From the human T2T-CHM13v2.0 reference genome, Homo sapiens: a stretch of DNA of 64,000 nucleotides. Position 1 is the first letter of the stretch. Each line of letters opens with the position of its first letter. Below are positions 34,411 to 49,237 of the stretch, piece after piece. Where the stretch lies: NCBI RefSeq assembly GCF_009914755.1, contig NC_060945.1. One strand, written 5' to 3'. Made by a program: the position numbers and the translations under genes. The notes beneath the pieces are model-generated. The model did not search any database. It was not told where the DNA came from and saw only the letters and a program-made list of their open reading frames with translations.

Positions 34411-34746
34411 ATCAAATAGTAGATTGCAGTTGAATTAGCTGGCTTATCAACATTTATGGATTTTAAAAAGTTAAATGAAAAAGTCAATAAAACATAGGCT
34501 GGAAAAATATCTATCGAGTTCATGATAGTGTTTGCTTCTGGGCAGTAAGAGAGGGAAAGGAGATTGGAGAGGGTACAAAGGAGATTTCAGCCATATCTGT
34601 ATCATCAGAAATAGTTTTATTTATTTCATTTAAAAATCAGAAGCAAATATAACAAAATGTTAACAGTTAATTCTGGGTATCTGTGTATTAGTCTCTGTAT
34701 TTTCCTAAATTATAAAAATATTTTTTTTTTAAGTGAAGCTTTAGAT

Positions 34747-35107
<361 letters not shown>

Positions 35108-35832
35108 TCATTCCTGGTTTTACGTAATTTAAAAAAAGCTAGTGCAAGTAGAATCAGAATTTTAAGGCCTTAGGGAATTTAGTCTAATTTGATACTTCCA
35201 TTACTGCTCTGCGGATAGCCTTCATTAGATTAATTGTAGGAGTTTATTTTGTTTAATTTTTTTAAATGAACTTTCCTTTATATTATAAATATCACATGAT
35301 TAAAGAGAAAAATAGAATATAGCAAGGTATAAAGTAAAAGGGAAAAGTCAGCCTGGAGACCTTGTTTAAAAGACAGATTTCTTCGCTTTTCCCCCAAATT
35401 TTGATTCAGGTGGCCTAGGAATGTATCTAGGAGTGTGGAGATTGTAAAATTCCCCAGGTGGACTTCTGCATCCAGATTTTAGAATCATTTTTTAAATGCC
35501 TTATTTTACACATGAAGCAATTGAGTCCCAGAGAGGTAGAGTGATTTTTGCAAGGTGTCATTGCAAATAAAAGACAAAACTGGTGGTTCTGTTTGAGGGT
35601 GACCAGTTTGTTGGTATTTTCATTATGAGTCATTCTTTTGCTTGAAACAAAATCTTTGCTGATCCTTGAACCTGGCGTTTGACAGGTGCTATATCAATAT
35701 TTGTAAAATGAATGAATGAATGATAGAATTCCAAATACTGAAACCCAAACCATGATACTGGTTTTCCAGAAATACTTCCTGCTATTTTAATATATTATCA
35801 ATTAAGAAAAACAGTTATTAAAACTTTTTGAA

Positions 35833-36090
35833 GACCTGGCGCTCACTCCTGTAATCCCAGCACTTTGGGAGGGCAGGACGGGCAGATCCCTTGAGTTCAA
35901 GACCAGCCTGAGCAACATGGCAAAACCACATCTTTACAAAAAATTAGTTGGGCATGGTGGCATGTGCCTATAATCCCAGCTACTTGGGAGGCTAAGGTGG
36001 GATAATCACCTGAGCCCAGGAAGTATGAGGCTGCAGCGAGCTATGATTGCGCCACTTCAAAAAAAAAAAAAAAAAAGAAAAAAGAAAAAA
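35833..36090 (+). mobile_element. Degenerate AluJ with internal and 3' deletions
   Basis: Alu body; poly-A follows gcgccacttc directly. Confidence 0.82.
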
Positions 36091-36929
36091 ACTTTAACAA
36101 TTATTTTGAGAACTTTGTGGAGAATACTTGTTCCTGGCTTAGTTTCTTAAACAAAATATTCACTTTTTTTTTTAAATTGGAATGTTTGGTGATGTCCAAA
36201 CATCCCTTCTCAGGGGATACTCTCTTTTGTTGCCTTGTATTGGTGATGTGTCGTATGATTGCAGAAATATTTGTATAGATAAAAACATATAACCACTAGT
36301 AAGTATTTTAAAAATTTGGTAACTACATAACTAGGTTATTTTTCTTTTTTTTTAAAACCAGAAAAGAATGCTTATTAAAGGATAAACTTCAGGAGCAAAA
36401 GTAGATCATACAGGGTATATTTACTTTTATAAGATTGCCTTACTTTAGAATTAATTATGAGCCTGAGTCTATGGAGTCATACCTCTAAGATGTAAGTGTG
36501 TTAGTGGAATGTATTCTGTAGATTTCTATGTGAGGGTAGGACATTTTTTTCCTTCTTCTTAATGGGGAAGATTAGTACAGTGCTACCTGTCTCTAGACTC
36601 ACTTTCAGGATTTAGAAAGAATGAGTCATTTGTCCTGAAGAGTGAGAATTTTTCTAAGCCTCAACAGATATGTTTGTGCAGGTCTGTGAGCATTGTGTTT
36701 TGATCTATATCATATAGGATACAAACTAATAACCTCAGAAATGTCCTCAAGAACATTTAAATTTTGAGGGGCCCATTAGGACTTTTGTTGTGAATGACAG
36801 AAACTGAACTCAGATTTGATTTAAGTAGAAAAGGGAATTAATTGGCTCATGTAACTGAGAAGTCTAGGGGTTAGCTTCAGGAATGGTTGGATCCAGATTT
36901 GTACACATCTTTCTTTCATTTTCTCAACT

Positions 36930-38050
36930 TTGCCTCCCTGTTTGTCAGCTTCATGTTTAGTCTTTTTTCTAGCTTCCCTCTCTGATTTTTACATGGATTC
37001 TCTTGTTATGTCTTCAGGCTCACCCATCTTTTCTTCTGCAGTGTTTTATCTGCCTTTATTTCCATCCAATGTACTTTTCATCTTAAATGCTATAGTTTTC
37101 ATCTCTAGAGGTTAAATTTGGGTCTTTCTTGCATATTTCATGTCTTTAACATATTCCATCTTTCCTTTCACCTCTTGAACACATAGGGGATAGTTATAAT
37201 AAGTATTTCAATGTCCTTGTCTACTAATCTGTGTCATTTGTGGGTTGTTTTCAGTTGGTTTATTTTGCTGTTCATTATAGGTCATATTTTCCTGGTAATT
37301 GTAGATGGATGCCAGATATTGTGAATTTTACCTTGTTTGGTGCTGGATATTCTTGTTTTTCTTTAAATATGCTTGATCTTTGTTTTGGGATGCAGTAAAG
37401 TTACTTAGAAACAATTTTAATTCTTCAAGGTTTTAAGATTTTTTTTAGGCGGGACTATAGTGGCATTTAATCTAGGGCTAATTTTTTCCCCACTACTGAA
37501 GCAAAACTTTTCTGAGTACTCTACTTGAAGTAGAGAATTCACCCCATGAATTATGGTGTTTTTCACTCTTGTTGATAGGAACAGGAATTATTCCTGATTT
37601 GTTTCCGTTCCGGCTCTTGTTCCCTGTTAACCTTTCAGGTTGTTCTTTCCCTGGCTGTGGACCGTTGTCCCCCAGGGATGTGCTGATCAGTACTTAGCTG
37701 AAGACTCAAGGGGTCCCTCTGGAGTTCTCCCTGTGTGCAGCTTTCTCTTCTCTGGTCCTCTGCTCTGTGAACTCAGCTGCCTTGGTCCTCTGTACTCCCG
37801 CTTCTGTCTCCTTAACTGAGAGAGGCTGCCAGTCTCTGCCTAGGTTTTCTCTTCCCATGCTCTGGCTTAGAGACATTCTTATCAGTAAGCGGGAGCAATC
37901 ACAGGGCTTACTTTATATGTTTTTCATACTCTCTTTTGTTGCCTTGTTTTCAATGTCTTGCAAGCTGTGGTTTCTTATCTTTTGTCTTTGTTTTAGGTAG
38001 GAGGGAAAAATCAAGTCCTTATTACTTCATTTTGGTCAGAAGTGGAGGTT
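36930..38050 (-). mobile_element. Old L1M fragment, apparently within an MLT1-type LTR (about 36770-36900 and 38050-38400)
   Basis: T-rich antisense L1 features (ggatgccagatattgtgaatttt); flanks show gaatgacagaaact...aattggctcatgtaactgagaagtc and gattgagtcatgtgccca. Confidence 0.55.
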
Positions 38051-40038
38051 AGAGTGTAGGCGCTCTTGCTTTTATTTTTAAAAAGACTTTTACCATGTAG
38101 TGGGATCTGCAAACTGATGTCATGAGTAGCTGTTAATTCTAGGAAAAGGAGACCCTCTCTCAGTGTGTGTACAGTAGACCTTAGGGATGCCTCAGACTGA
38201 TTCTGATTGAGTCATGTGCCCACCTGTGGATTTATTGCTTTGACCTAGAAAGTAGTGCATTTCAATTGGCCAGTCTCCTGGGTTACAGCCACACTTCCAC
38301 CGTGCCGTCCATTGTTGGGGTGGAGCACTGGAACTGACAGTCCTGCTGTTACTGTGAGAAGTGGGAACATGGTGGTCTCCTAAGTGAGGGGAGACTAGAG
38401 AGATGAGCAAGAGGGAATTTCCACATGTGTGATAGAGAATGAGATAGTGAAAAGACCTTTTTATTGTAATTGGGTTTCAGAAACTCTGAGATACCTTTAA
38501 TTTAAGCTTCATTGAAATAACTTCAGTAGGGAGGTCTGAATTAAGTCTTTTCTCAACTAACAGGAGTTACATTATGTTGTATAGGGTTCAGGGAAAAGGA
38601 TCCAATAAAAGGTGAGAAAAGTATGGAGAAAAGAGAAAGAAATAAAGTTCTCTGCAAATTTAGTAGATTTGGTTTATGATCTATCATTATTTCTTATGCT
38701 AGCTGTGGGTTTTTTAATGCAGTTATTTAAACTTTGAAGTCCGTAAATGCTTAGGGGATAGGATTTGACCTTGTAGCCTATCTGAGAGATGCCTTTGTCT
38801 TCTTATACTTTAGGTGTCAGGAAGCATGGCCTATACCCTTTCAGCAAAACAGAGTTTAATGAAATGCCATATGAATTGGAGTCTGAGCTAAGCCCAAATA
38901 GTCTGTCTAAAAAAACTCCAGAACCTTTAGAGCCACACGGTACCCCAGAGCAGGATTACTTATGGTAAACCTGCATAAACACGTACCCACGTAATTGTTT
39001 CTGGCTTCTTGTAGTGAAAAGCTGATCCTTCTTAAAAGCGTTGTTTGTTTTTTATAATTTCTCCTAGATTTTCACTGAATCACAGTGTTCTTTGTGAAAT
39101 GTGTAGTGAAGAGGAAAGAGCTTTGGACCAGGTGTCATAAAAATCAGGGTTCTTTGGTTTGCCTCTTAAGTAAGTGTGATATTAGGCCAGTTTCTAGCCT
39201 CTAGCCTCTTTCACTAGTAAATCACCTTGCCAGTAGTACTGTGCCTAAAATGGGAATTTGGTTTGGGAGGAGCTAGAAGCAGGGTTGGTTCAGTTAGCTT
39301 CAGGTTTTGGTACTGTTAGCTTTGTAGATTAAAAAGTTTATACTTAATATAGAAGATTTCCAAAATATGTAAATGGGCCAGCAAAGATTTTGGTTCTGTA
39401 GCAAAAAACCCTTATCATTGGAATTAAATGTAAATCCCTGGTTTTTGGTTTCTTAAAGCCAGGAGCTGCACTTAGAGATAACAATGAAAAGCTGAGTGAA
39501 GGGGAGACGGCTGGATGGAAGATCTAGCCTGAGCACATCCCCCATCTGTCTGCACTCTTCGGAGGTATCGGAAAACCATGGCACAGGCCCATGGTTCCAT
39601 CCAGCTCTAAAAACTTCTCGATTTCCAGGTGTAGGAAAGGCGATGACTTAGAGATTGTTACTGCCTTCAAATATTTTTAAAACATAAAGTTATTTATAAT
39701 GAATGACATTTTTTACTTTATCTGGCACAAAATTATTATATTCTCTGTTAGCAAAATATAACAAAAGTTGAACTCTGCTGGGGGTACAGAAATTTCTTAA
39801 GCAAAAATATTGATCCTTAGTTATTGTGATTATTTGTGTATTTATAACTTTTCACTTAGCTCATTAGGTAATGTTATTTCCTGAGGTATTAACATTTTAC
39901 ATTTATTTTTCATTGGTAGGGACCTAATCTAATATTTTAAGTAATGAATCAGTTTTCAAGCAAAACATTTTTCCTTACCTGTTTTCTTTAACTTAAGCAT
40001 ATTTTTGAGAAAAAATTAAATTTATCTTTTTGGAACAG

Positions 40039-40201
40039 GGTCATTATCGTTATTGTGATGCTCTTTCTATGCTGGGGGAATATGACTGGGCCCTGCAAGC
40101 AAACATAAAAGCTCAAAAACTCTGTAAAAATGACCCTGAGGGAATCAAGGATCTAATTCAGCAGCATGTAAAGTTACAAAAACAAATAGAAGACCTACAA
40201 G
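40039..40201 (+). CDS. TTC3: TTC3 coding exon 11 (GHYRYCDALSMLGEY...IEDLQ; TPR)
   Basis: aacag| ... G|gtattt; 163 nt; within ORF 40030..40305. Confidence 0.96.
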
Positions 40202-41154
40202 GTATTTCACCTAAGATTCTTTTGGTTACAGTCTTAATTCCCTTTCAAACTTTGGAGGGTGGGTTTCTTGGATTAACAGAGGACCACAAATCAATCCTCA
40301 GATGATTTATCCTTATTTTATCATGTTATCTTGGTCATGGCACTTGAGTTTTTCATTTCTATCTGTGTAGAGTTACATGTTATCCATTAAGTAATTATAA
40401 ATGATTTGTACTTTTTATTTGAAACAGACAGCAACCAAATTGTTATTTATTCCTCTGTAGAAAAAAAAATCCCTTTCAGAAATTTTGAATAAAATAAAAG
40501 CTTTTTTGAAACAAAATTATTTAAAAATATTTCCTTCATTGCTAAAGTTATTTCCTAAAGAAAAGACCCTTCAGTAGAGCTGCTTGATGTTTCCGCACCA
40601 TTTGTGCTAATTCTGCAGCGTGCTGAATATATATATATAATATATATATATAATGTTTTTTATATATATAGCAGAAATTGGCTGTGCAGGCTAGGAGTTG
40701 TAGATTTTCATTCTCTCCTTGTTTTCTCTCCTAAGTCTTTTTGCTTTCTCCAATGCCTGAAAGTCCCTTAGTCTACATTTTTAGTGTATGAGTCTTTCCT
40801 GCTTTTTCTTCTTCGGATTGTACAAAGCTGAGCTGAACAGCTCTGTTTGACCGGCAGATGTTGTTATCCATCATAACATGATTATGTAATAAGATGGTGA
40901 GCTCCTTGAAGACAGGTGCCACCTTTGATTCAGATTTACATATTGCTGTCATCTTGTCAATGATCACATGTGATGGAATGTCAGACAAAGTTTGTGTAAC
41001 ATTTTGTTGACACCATCCTAAAACTAAAGACATCTAGAAATGTAAAATTGCTTAGATTTACTTTTCAGTTTTCTAAATTTGAGGTTCCTTACTATCAGCT
41101 TAAAGTAAATTTGAAAATCTTTTAAAGTCTGTGTTGCCAATCCATTGATTACTA

Positions 41155-41170
41155 TGTGTGTGTGTGTGTG
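41155..41170. repeat. (TG)8 next to the exon 12 acceptor
   Basis: Directly visible. Confidence 0.9.
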
Positions 41171-41184
41171 ATTGACTTTTATAG

Positions 41185-41230
41185 GTCGAACAGCAAATAA
41201 GGATCCAATTAAAGCCTTTTATGAAAACAG
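41185..41230 (+). CDS. TTC3: TTC3 coding exon 12 (RTANKDPIKAFYEN)
   Basis: ttatag| ... AG|gtaagt; 46 nt. Confidence 0.94.
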
Positions 41231-41600
41231 GTAAGTTAATAGCAGGTCAGTAGCTGCTACTACTAGGAATGGCTTTGCTGCATGAATTTAAGAATCACTT
41301 ATGTTTGACGCTTTAGGAGCTAATAGCAACCACAGTAAAGTTGGAGATGGAAGGAAGAGAGGTAGTTTTTTAAGTGTCCGTGTTATCAGGTGACCTGTAA
41401 GTTGTCAGATTTATTTCGCTGTTTTAGTGAACCATATAGATATAAGCTCAGTAGCCTAATCCTGTGGGAAAAGAGGGGTGAAATGTTAATTGGACATTAC
41501 TATGCTTGGATGGGACCAGTTTGGCCATGAAACTCCTGGCAGCACAGAGCTAGGACATAGCCTGTGCCCTGTGCCCTTCACCTCTGTCTTGGAAGTATCT

Positions 41601-41636
41601 ATGGCAAAAACCACAATTACTTTTGCACCAACCTAA
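41601..41636. mobile_element. Half MADE1 / solo Hsmar1-type TIR
   Basis: atggcaaaaaccacaattacttttgcaccaacctaa followed by TA. Confidence 0.85.
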
Positions 41637-41905
41637 TATTTCCAGCTTCCTGATGTCTTTCAAAGGCTAAGATACTTCCTATTAGAAATAGGCAACAGAT
41701 AGACTTGAGTATGCTCACAAGAAAGCAATAGCAGCCAGGGTTCTACCTTTGCTTATTTGGCAATTAAAACAGATTAAATGTTTTTCTGCATTCTTGTTCA
41801 GATGTCTGGGATACCGAAGCTGCTAATTCTGTAGCATGCTGAACATGTAGACATAAAGAAATTGGCTGTGGAGGCTTTAAATTTAATTTTAGTATCCTAA
41901 TTTAA

Positions 41906-42249
<344 letters not shown>

Positions 42250-42309
42250 CTGAGCCACTGTGCCCAGCTGATATTTAATGTTAGAACGCAGAATACTTCT
42301 TTTTGAACT

Positions 42310-42621
<312 letters not shown>

Positions 42622-42824
42622 CCTTGACCTGTTCTTTATTATTTTGAGTTTAATGCCAAATATAAAATAATGTTTATGTATAAAGCCCCATCTCACAGGT
42701 AGGAAATCTTTTTAAAACAATAATACCTTGCTTTCAAGGAAAAAAGGCTGTGATTGCTGCAACCTGTTCATTCAAAGGATAACTTTCAAAAAATGTATAA
42801 TAATTCCTTTTTTCCCCCACTTAG

Positions 42825-42948
42825 GGCCTACACACCTAGGAGTTTATCAGCACCTATATTTACTACTTCACTTAACTTTGTGGAGAAGGAAAGAGATTTC
42901 AGAAAAATTAATCACGAAATGGCCAACGGTGGTAATCAGAATCTAAAG
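42825..42948 (+). CDS. TTC3: TTC3 coding exon 13 (AYTPRSLSAP...NQNLK)
   Basis: cttag| ... AAG|gtaagc; 124 nt. Confidence 0.95.
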
Positions 42949-43354
42949 GTAAGCTCCATTGAAAACTACAGTTTTTTTCAAGGATAGATAGTCTCATATT
43001 TTTACAGTAATATTTTGGTGGTAATAGAAACCAAATTTTTGGCGATTTGAACCCTTTTTGCCTATTGTTACTGAAATAATGATTCTCTTTTAAATAAATA
43101 ATCTGAGTATCTCATATAACTACGTAAATAATATTTGAAAGTCACAGAATTTCTTTTGAAATCACATTTATGTGTTTCCAACATATTTTTAAAAATAACC
43201 ATTTTGCCGCTTCTCTTTGTATCTTTTCCCTTCGGTTGTTGGAAAAGTCCTCTTGTTGATAATATTGAAAATTTCTAAGAGACTGTGTTCAGTTAGGGAG
43301 AGGAGTTTATACCGAGCATCTCCAGCTGGATCTGGAATTGTATTGAGCATTTCC

Positions 43355-43996
43355 AGCTGGATCTGAAGCTAAGGGTCTGTAAACACTCACCTCAGCCTGC
43401 CTTAGCAGCCCTTTTCCAGCCTTCCACCCTTTTTGAGGTCTTGAAATCACACAGGTTTACTTAGTGCTTCCGAAATGAACTCTACTCTTGGGTTCAGGCC
43501 ATTCTGTCCAAATCGTACTTCTTTCTCAAAACCAAACACAAATGCTGTATCCTCACTAACATTTTTCTTAACCACTCCAGCTTAAGTGATTTTTCCCTTT
43601 TGTGAGTTGTGAGAGATATTACTGACTATGCAATTTATATGTCAATAACAACACAGTATTTTCTTTTCTTCATAAGGATGGTTGTTGTTTAACTACTGAA
43701 GTGATGTGTCTTTTCACCCCATCTGATTGTAAACTGAGAACGGGAGTTATCTCCTGTATCTCTCTGTATCTATGGTAGACCTAAATCATAATAATGATCG
43801 CTATTATAATTGATCTTTAATAATTGATTATATTTAATAATTTATTATATATAGAAAAATATCATCAGTAGCTTCTTTTTTGGCTTACCCTTTTGTAGTT
43901 ACACTCACATACCACATTGCTGCTTCTGTTTTCTTACTCCAATTTATATTTTAAAAATAGTTTTACTCTCAGGCTTGTAGATTTTTATGTACAGAT
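43355..43996 (+). repeat. Local duplication copy A (642 bp)
   Basis: Near-identical to 46550-47178 from agctggatctgaagc to tatgtacagat. Confidence 0.96.
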
Positions 43997-44284
43997 GTGA
44001 TAGTGTTAATTCAAACATTATTGAACAATTGTCATGTCAGACATCGTGCTAGGCAATAGAAATAGAATTGTCATTCAAGAATTTGTCGTTGCATATCATG
44101 ATCCTTATCATTAGTTATCATTTTGTTTGCTTGTTTATACATTTAGGCTTAATAACCAGCTGCATATTTTAGCTGCTAGGGTGAATTCTATCCTATTCTA
44201 TTCTAAATTCTTTTATATAGCTATTGAATTCTTCATGGCTGGGTTGTTTTTTTTTTTTTTAAGTCTCACTAATTTCATTGGCAG

Positions 44285-44348
44285 GTGGCGGATGAGGCGT
44301 TGAAGGTAGATGATTGTGACTGTCATCCTGAATTTTCACCACCATCAA
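44285..44348 (+). CDS. TTC3: TTC3 coding exon 14 (VADEALKVDDCDCHPEFSPPS)
   Basis: ggcag| ... A|gtgagt; 64 nt. Confidence 0.94.
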
Positions 44349-44844
44349 GTGAGTATTGTTTTTATATCAATTGTTGCCAAGTTAATATAATGTCTCCTAA
44401 ATTTGGATGCCCTACAATGTGCACAAGCCTTGCTTATATCCACTCTTGTTCTCCTTTACTTTATAATGCTTCTATGTTAAGAAAATATTGAATATTTATT
44501 TGAAATCAATGCTCAGTCTTTTTGTATTATTTAGTGAATGTAATTTTGGAAATTCAAATAAAAGGAAAGGAAAAGATGAAGTACATAGCTCTTTTTGGTC
44601 TGCTTCTTAATTTTTTTTAGGCTGTTGTTTCTCATTATTGAAAGTTTATTATTGCCTCCCTTCCTCCCACCTGCTAGGAGCCTGTTTAGACCTTTTTAAA
44701 TCTAATTGTTCTCCCTCATAAAATTTTAATAGCTGTTTATGTACCATATGTGCATCTGCGCTTTATGTATAAAAGGAATTGATTTTGTCTCCCAATAACT
44801 AATTTTCACCCTATTGGGGGTGATATCACCCATATTGAGAACAG

Positions 44845-45516
<672 letters not shown>

Positions 45517-46549
45517 GTGCTGTAGGCTAAGTCTCATTTGTTTTAAGTTGTGTGTGCTCAGTGCATGTATTTATTTACATATCTAGTAAACACAGACACC
45601 GCAGAACCTCATTACTTGGCATCATTTGGAGATGAAGGTTCTGGAGAAGTGAATATTTTTGTGCTTCATTTATTTCTGAATCTTAATAACACCAGAGTTT
45701 GATGAAAATCCTCTAAAGTATATTACATGCTTCCCTGCCTTTTAACACGGAATTTAGGAAAATACAGGTTTTCTTGATGGCTTAAGGTTGTGGTCACACA
45801 TAACAGTGACTGACCTCAAGCCTGGTGGTGTTCCTCCCAGGATTCTTCAGGTGAGATTGTTGATTTTTTAGTTAGTGATCCTCTCTTTTCCCTTGTCTTG
45901 TTTGTTGGGTGGTTGGTTTTTCTTTCCATAGTTTTGCTTCTAGCAGCCATTTCTATTTTTTGTGACCTGCAGCTCCATGTTCGCTCAGGCTCAGTTAGTT
46001 CCATAGATACAGCTACTTAGTATTGAGCATTTCCATTTGGTTAGCACATTAGCGTAATGATAGGGAGGGGAAACTCAGGCAGTTGTCCTACCTGATGCAG
46101 TTCCAACAGCATATAAAACATCTTTGAGGATAAAACTTTTTTTTGGAAGATAGCTTTTAATTTCTTCATATTTCTCAGGCCATTACTATCATTTAATTAA
46201 ATAAATTCTGTCCACCCTTCAGCATTTACATACAGGGGAAGAAATTGAGGTTCCAGGATTAAGGTTAAGTAGTTTTGTCCAAGGTCACAGAATGGAAATC
46301 AAACTAGAATTCTTCTACCTTTCCAAAAGCTGCTTTTGTTTTCTGAGGCCACCAAAGCCCAGGCTCTCATTCCCTCCTTATTACATTGGCTCTGACTTGT
46401 GTCTGTGCCCTCCCCTTAAACCTTCATCAGATGCACCCTGCTCCTCCTGCCATACCAGTTCTTCTACACAGCTCTGAGCATGGCTCTCCCTGCCCAAAAA
46501 TATGCAGTGGTTTCCTACTCCTGCCAGCAGAATAAATCTGGGCTCACAG

Positions 46550-47178
46550 AGCTGGATCTGAAGCTAAGGGTCTGTAAACACTCACCTCAGCCTGCCTTAG
46601 CAGCCCTTTTCCAGCCTTCCACCCTTTTTGAGGTCTTGAAATCACACAGGTTTACTTAGTGCTTCTGAAATGAACTCTCTACTCTTGAGTTCAGGCCATT
46701 CTATCCAAATCGTACTTCTTCCTCAAAACCGAACACAAATGCCATATCCTCACTAACATTTTTCTCAGCCACTCCAGCTTAGGTGATTTTTCCCTTTTGT
46801 GAGTTGTGAGAGATATTACTGACTATGCAATTTATATGTCAATAACAACACAGTATTTTCTTTTCTTCATAAGGATGATTGTTGTTTAACTACTGAAGTG
46901 ATGTGTCTTTTCACCCCATCTGATTATAAACTGAGAACAGGAGTTATCTCCTGTATCTCTCTGTATCTGTGGTAGACCTAAATCATAATGATCACTATTA
47001 TAATTGATCTTTAATAATTTAATTTATTATATATAGAAAAATATCATCAGTAGCTTCTTTTTTGGCTTACCCTTTTGTAGTTACACCCACGTACCACATT
47101 TCTGCTTCTGTTTTCTTACTCCAATTTATATTTTAAAAATAGTTTTACTCTCAGGCTTGTAGATTTTTATGTACAGAT
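46550..47178 (+). repeat. Local duplication copy B (629 bp)
   Basis: Near-identical to 43355-43996. Confidence 0.96.
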
Positions 47179-47207
47179 TTTAGGAACAAATACTTTTGTG
47201 TTCACAG

Positions 47208-47268
47208 GTCAGCCTCCAAAACATAAAGGAAAACAAAAATCTCGAAACAATGAATCAGAAAAGTTCAG
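47208..47268 (+). CDS. TTC3: TTC3 coding exon 15 (QPPKHKGKQKSRNNESEKF)
   Basis: cacag| ... AG|gtatgt; 61 nt. Confidence 0.94.
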
Positions 47269-47837
47269 GTATGTTTTTTCTCTAAGGTATGTTTTTTTCC
47301 CCTTAATATACTCTTCCCAAGAAAAAGGAAAAAAAATTGTTTTTCGAGTATTAGCTACTTTAATGTATGTATTATGATGACTACCAAAATCCCTTTCAAA
47401 TATCAAAAGCATATCTTTAGGAAAGGATAATTTTTGGCTAAAGGATTATTAATCCTGGATATTAATATATTGACTTCTGAAAGTCACATAATATGAAATA
47501 TTTCCATATTAATTTCTTAAATCCCAGAATATGTACTCTAAAAGGAAAAAGCATTAAGAGAGATATAAGGTGCACATGAAGCCTCCTTCCCTGCTCACCT
47601 CATTTGACCCTCCTGCAGTCCCTTCTCTAAGGCCTCCTCCAGGAATACACTGTTAACAGTTTCATGACTATTGGGAAACTTACTCTGCATACGCAGACAT
47701 GGGTATGCATATTTCAGATGCCCTTTTGAGTAATTATTGTTAGAGGAAAATCTTTCCTAATGAATTCTGACTACTTCTAAAATGAATTCTATCAAACATC
47801 CCCATGAAAATTAACAGTAATTAATTGCCTCCTATCT

Positions 47838-48140
47838 TTTTTTTTGTTTTTTTGAGATAGGGTCTTGCTCTATCACTTAGGCTGCGGTGCAGTGGTGTAA
47901 CCCTAGCTCACTGCAGGCTTGAACTCCTAGACTCTAGTGATTCTTTTTGCCTCAGCTCCCAAGTAGCCAGGACTACTACTGCTACTATGGTGCACGTCAC
48001 CATGACTGGATAACTAAAACTAAATGTTTTTTAGAGACAGGGTCTTGCTCTGTTGCCCAGGCTGGTCTTGAACTCCTGGCCTCAAGTGATCCTTCTGCCT
48101 TGGCCTCCCAGAGTGCTGGGATTGCAGGCGTGTGCCTGGC
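47838..48140 (-). mobile_element. Degenerate AluJ
   Basis: Diverged reverse-complement Alu. Confidence 0.8.
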
Positions 48141-49237
48141 CTTGCCTCCTGTCTTTATTGTTAACACCCCATTGACAACAAGATATAAATTGATTACAAT
48201 GTGAAATTGTAAATCTTTTAATACAGAAGTTTATGAAGTGAATTAAAGTGATGTTGGAGAAACAGCAAAGCCATGTCTGCCACAATACACTGGTTTTCAA
48301 TTTCTTCTCCATTTCTTAATCTGAATCCATGATAGATGCTTCAGGGGGAATGATTTGAATATCAAAACACTAAAAAAAAATCAGTGAAGTCTCATTTCTT
48401 TTCAAAAATGACCATTTTTGGATGCTGCTACAAAAATTAAATACAAAGCAAGGATATAGCATATTATTATGTTTTTCTATTATTTGATAGAAAAATCATG
48501 AGTCTTCTTCCCTGCCCTCCCCTGTACCCCTAAAGAAACCAGATATTAATATATGATAATTTTTTAAATGCAGAGTTGTAATTTTAACCTGTTTTATTTA
48601 AAAAAAATTTATTTTTCTGATATTTTGTTTCACTTTTCCAACTGAACACTCCTTTATTAGGTAATATCTACCATATGGGACTATTTCTTCATTAAATGGG
48701 ATAACCACGTAAAACACTTAGAGCCCTGGAACATAGTAAATCTTCAGTGTACTTTAGTCGTCATTACTGTTACCACCATCATTTTCATTATTATTAGAAT
48801 GACTCTGGCCTACAGCTTGCTTTTTGTCTTTTACAAAATATCTTGTGTTTCTTCCCATGTTCAGAACACAGAGCTCTTCCATTCTTCATTTGCTGTACAG
48901 TATTTTGTAATATGGCTGTATCCCCCATTTTTGTGCATTTAGGCTCTTCATTCCTCTTTTCCTCCCTCACTTTCTATCCCTCTATCCATCTCTCTCTTTT
49001 TCTTCTTCCTTTGAGAGGGATAGATCAGACAGTACTTCAAACATCCTTGCACATACACCTTTGTGCACCTGTTCATGTATATTTACAATAAATACTTTGT
49101 AAATAATGTATAGAAGTTGTTTCTGTAGTGGGATTGCTGTATCAAAGGGGATATGTAATTTTATCTTTGACAGATATTGTGAAATGGTTCTCTTAGAAAA
49201 TAGGCACTGTTCACACTCCGACTAATCTACAGGAGGG

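Noticed and set aside
39510-39605. Inverted repeats gctggatggaa/ttccatccagc and aaccatgg/ccatggtt
   Set aside because: Short, and adjacent to MIR-like terminal sequence; not enough to call an RNA gene.
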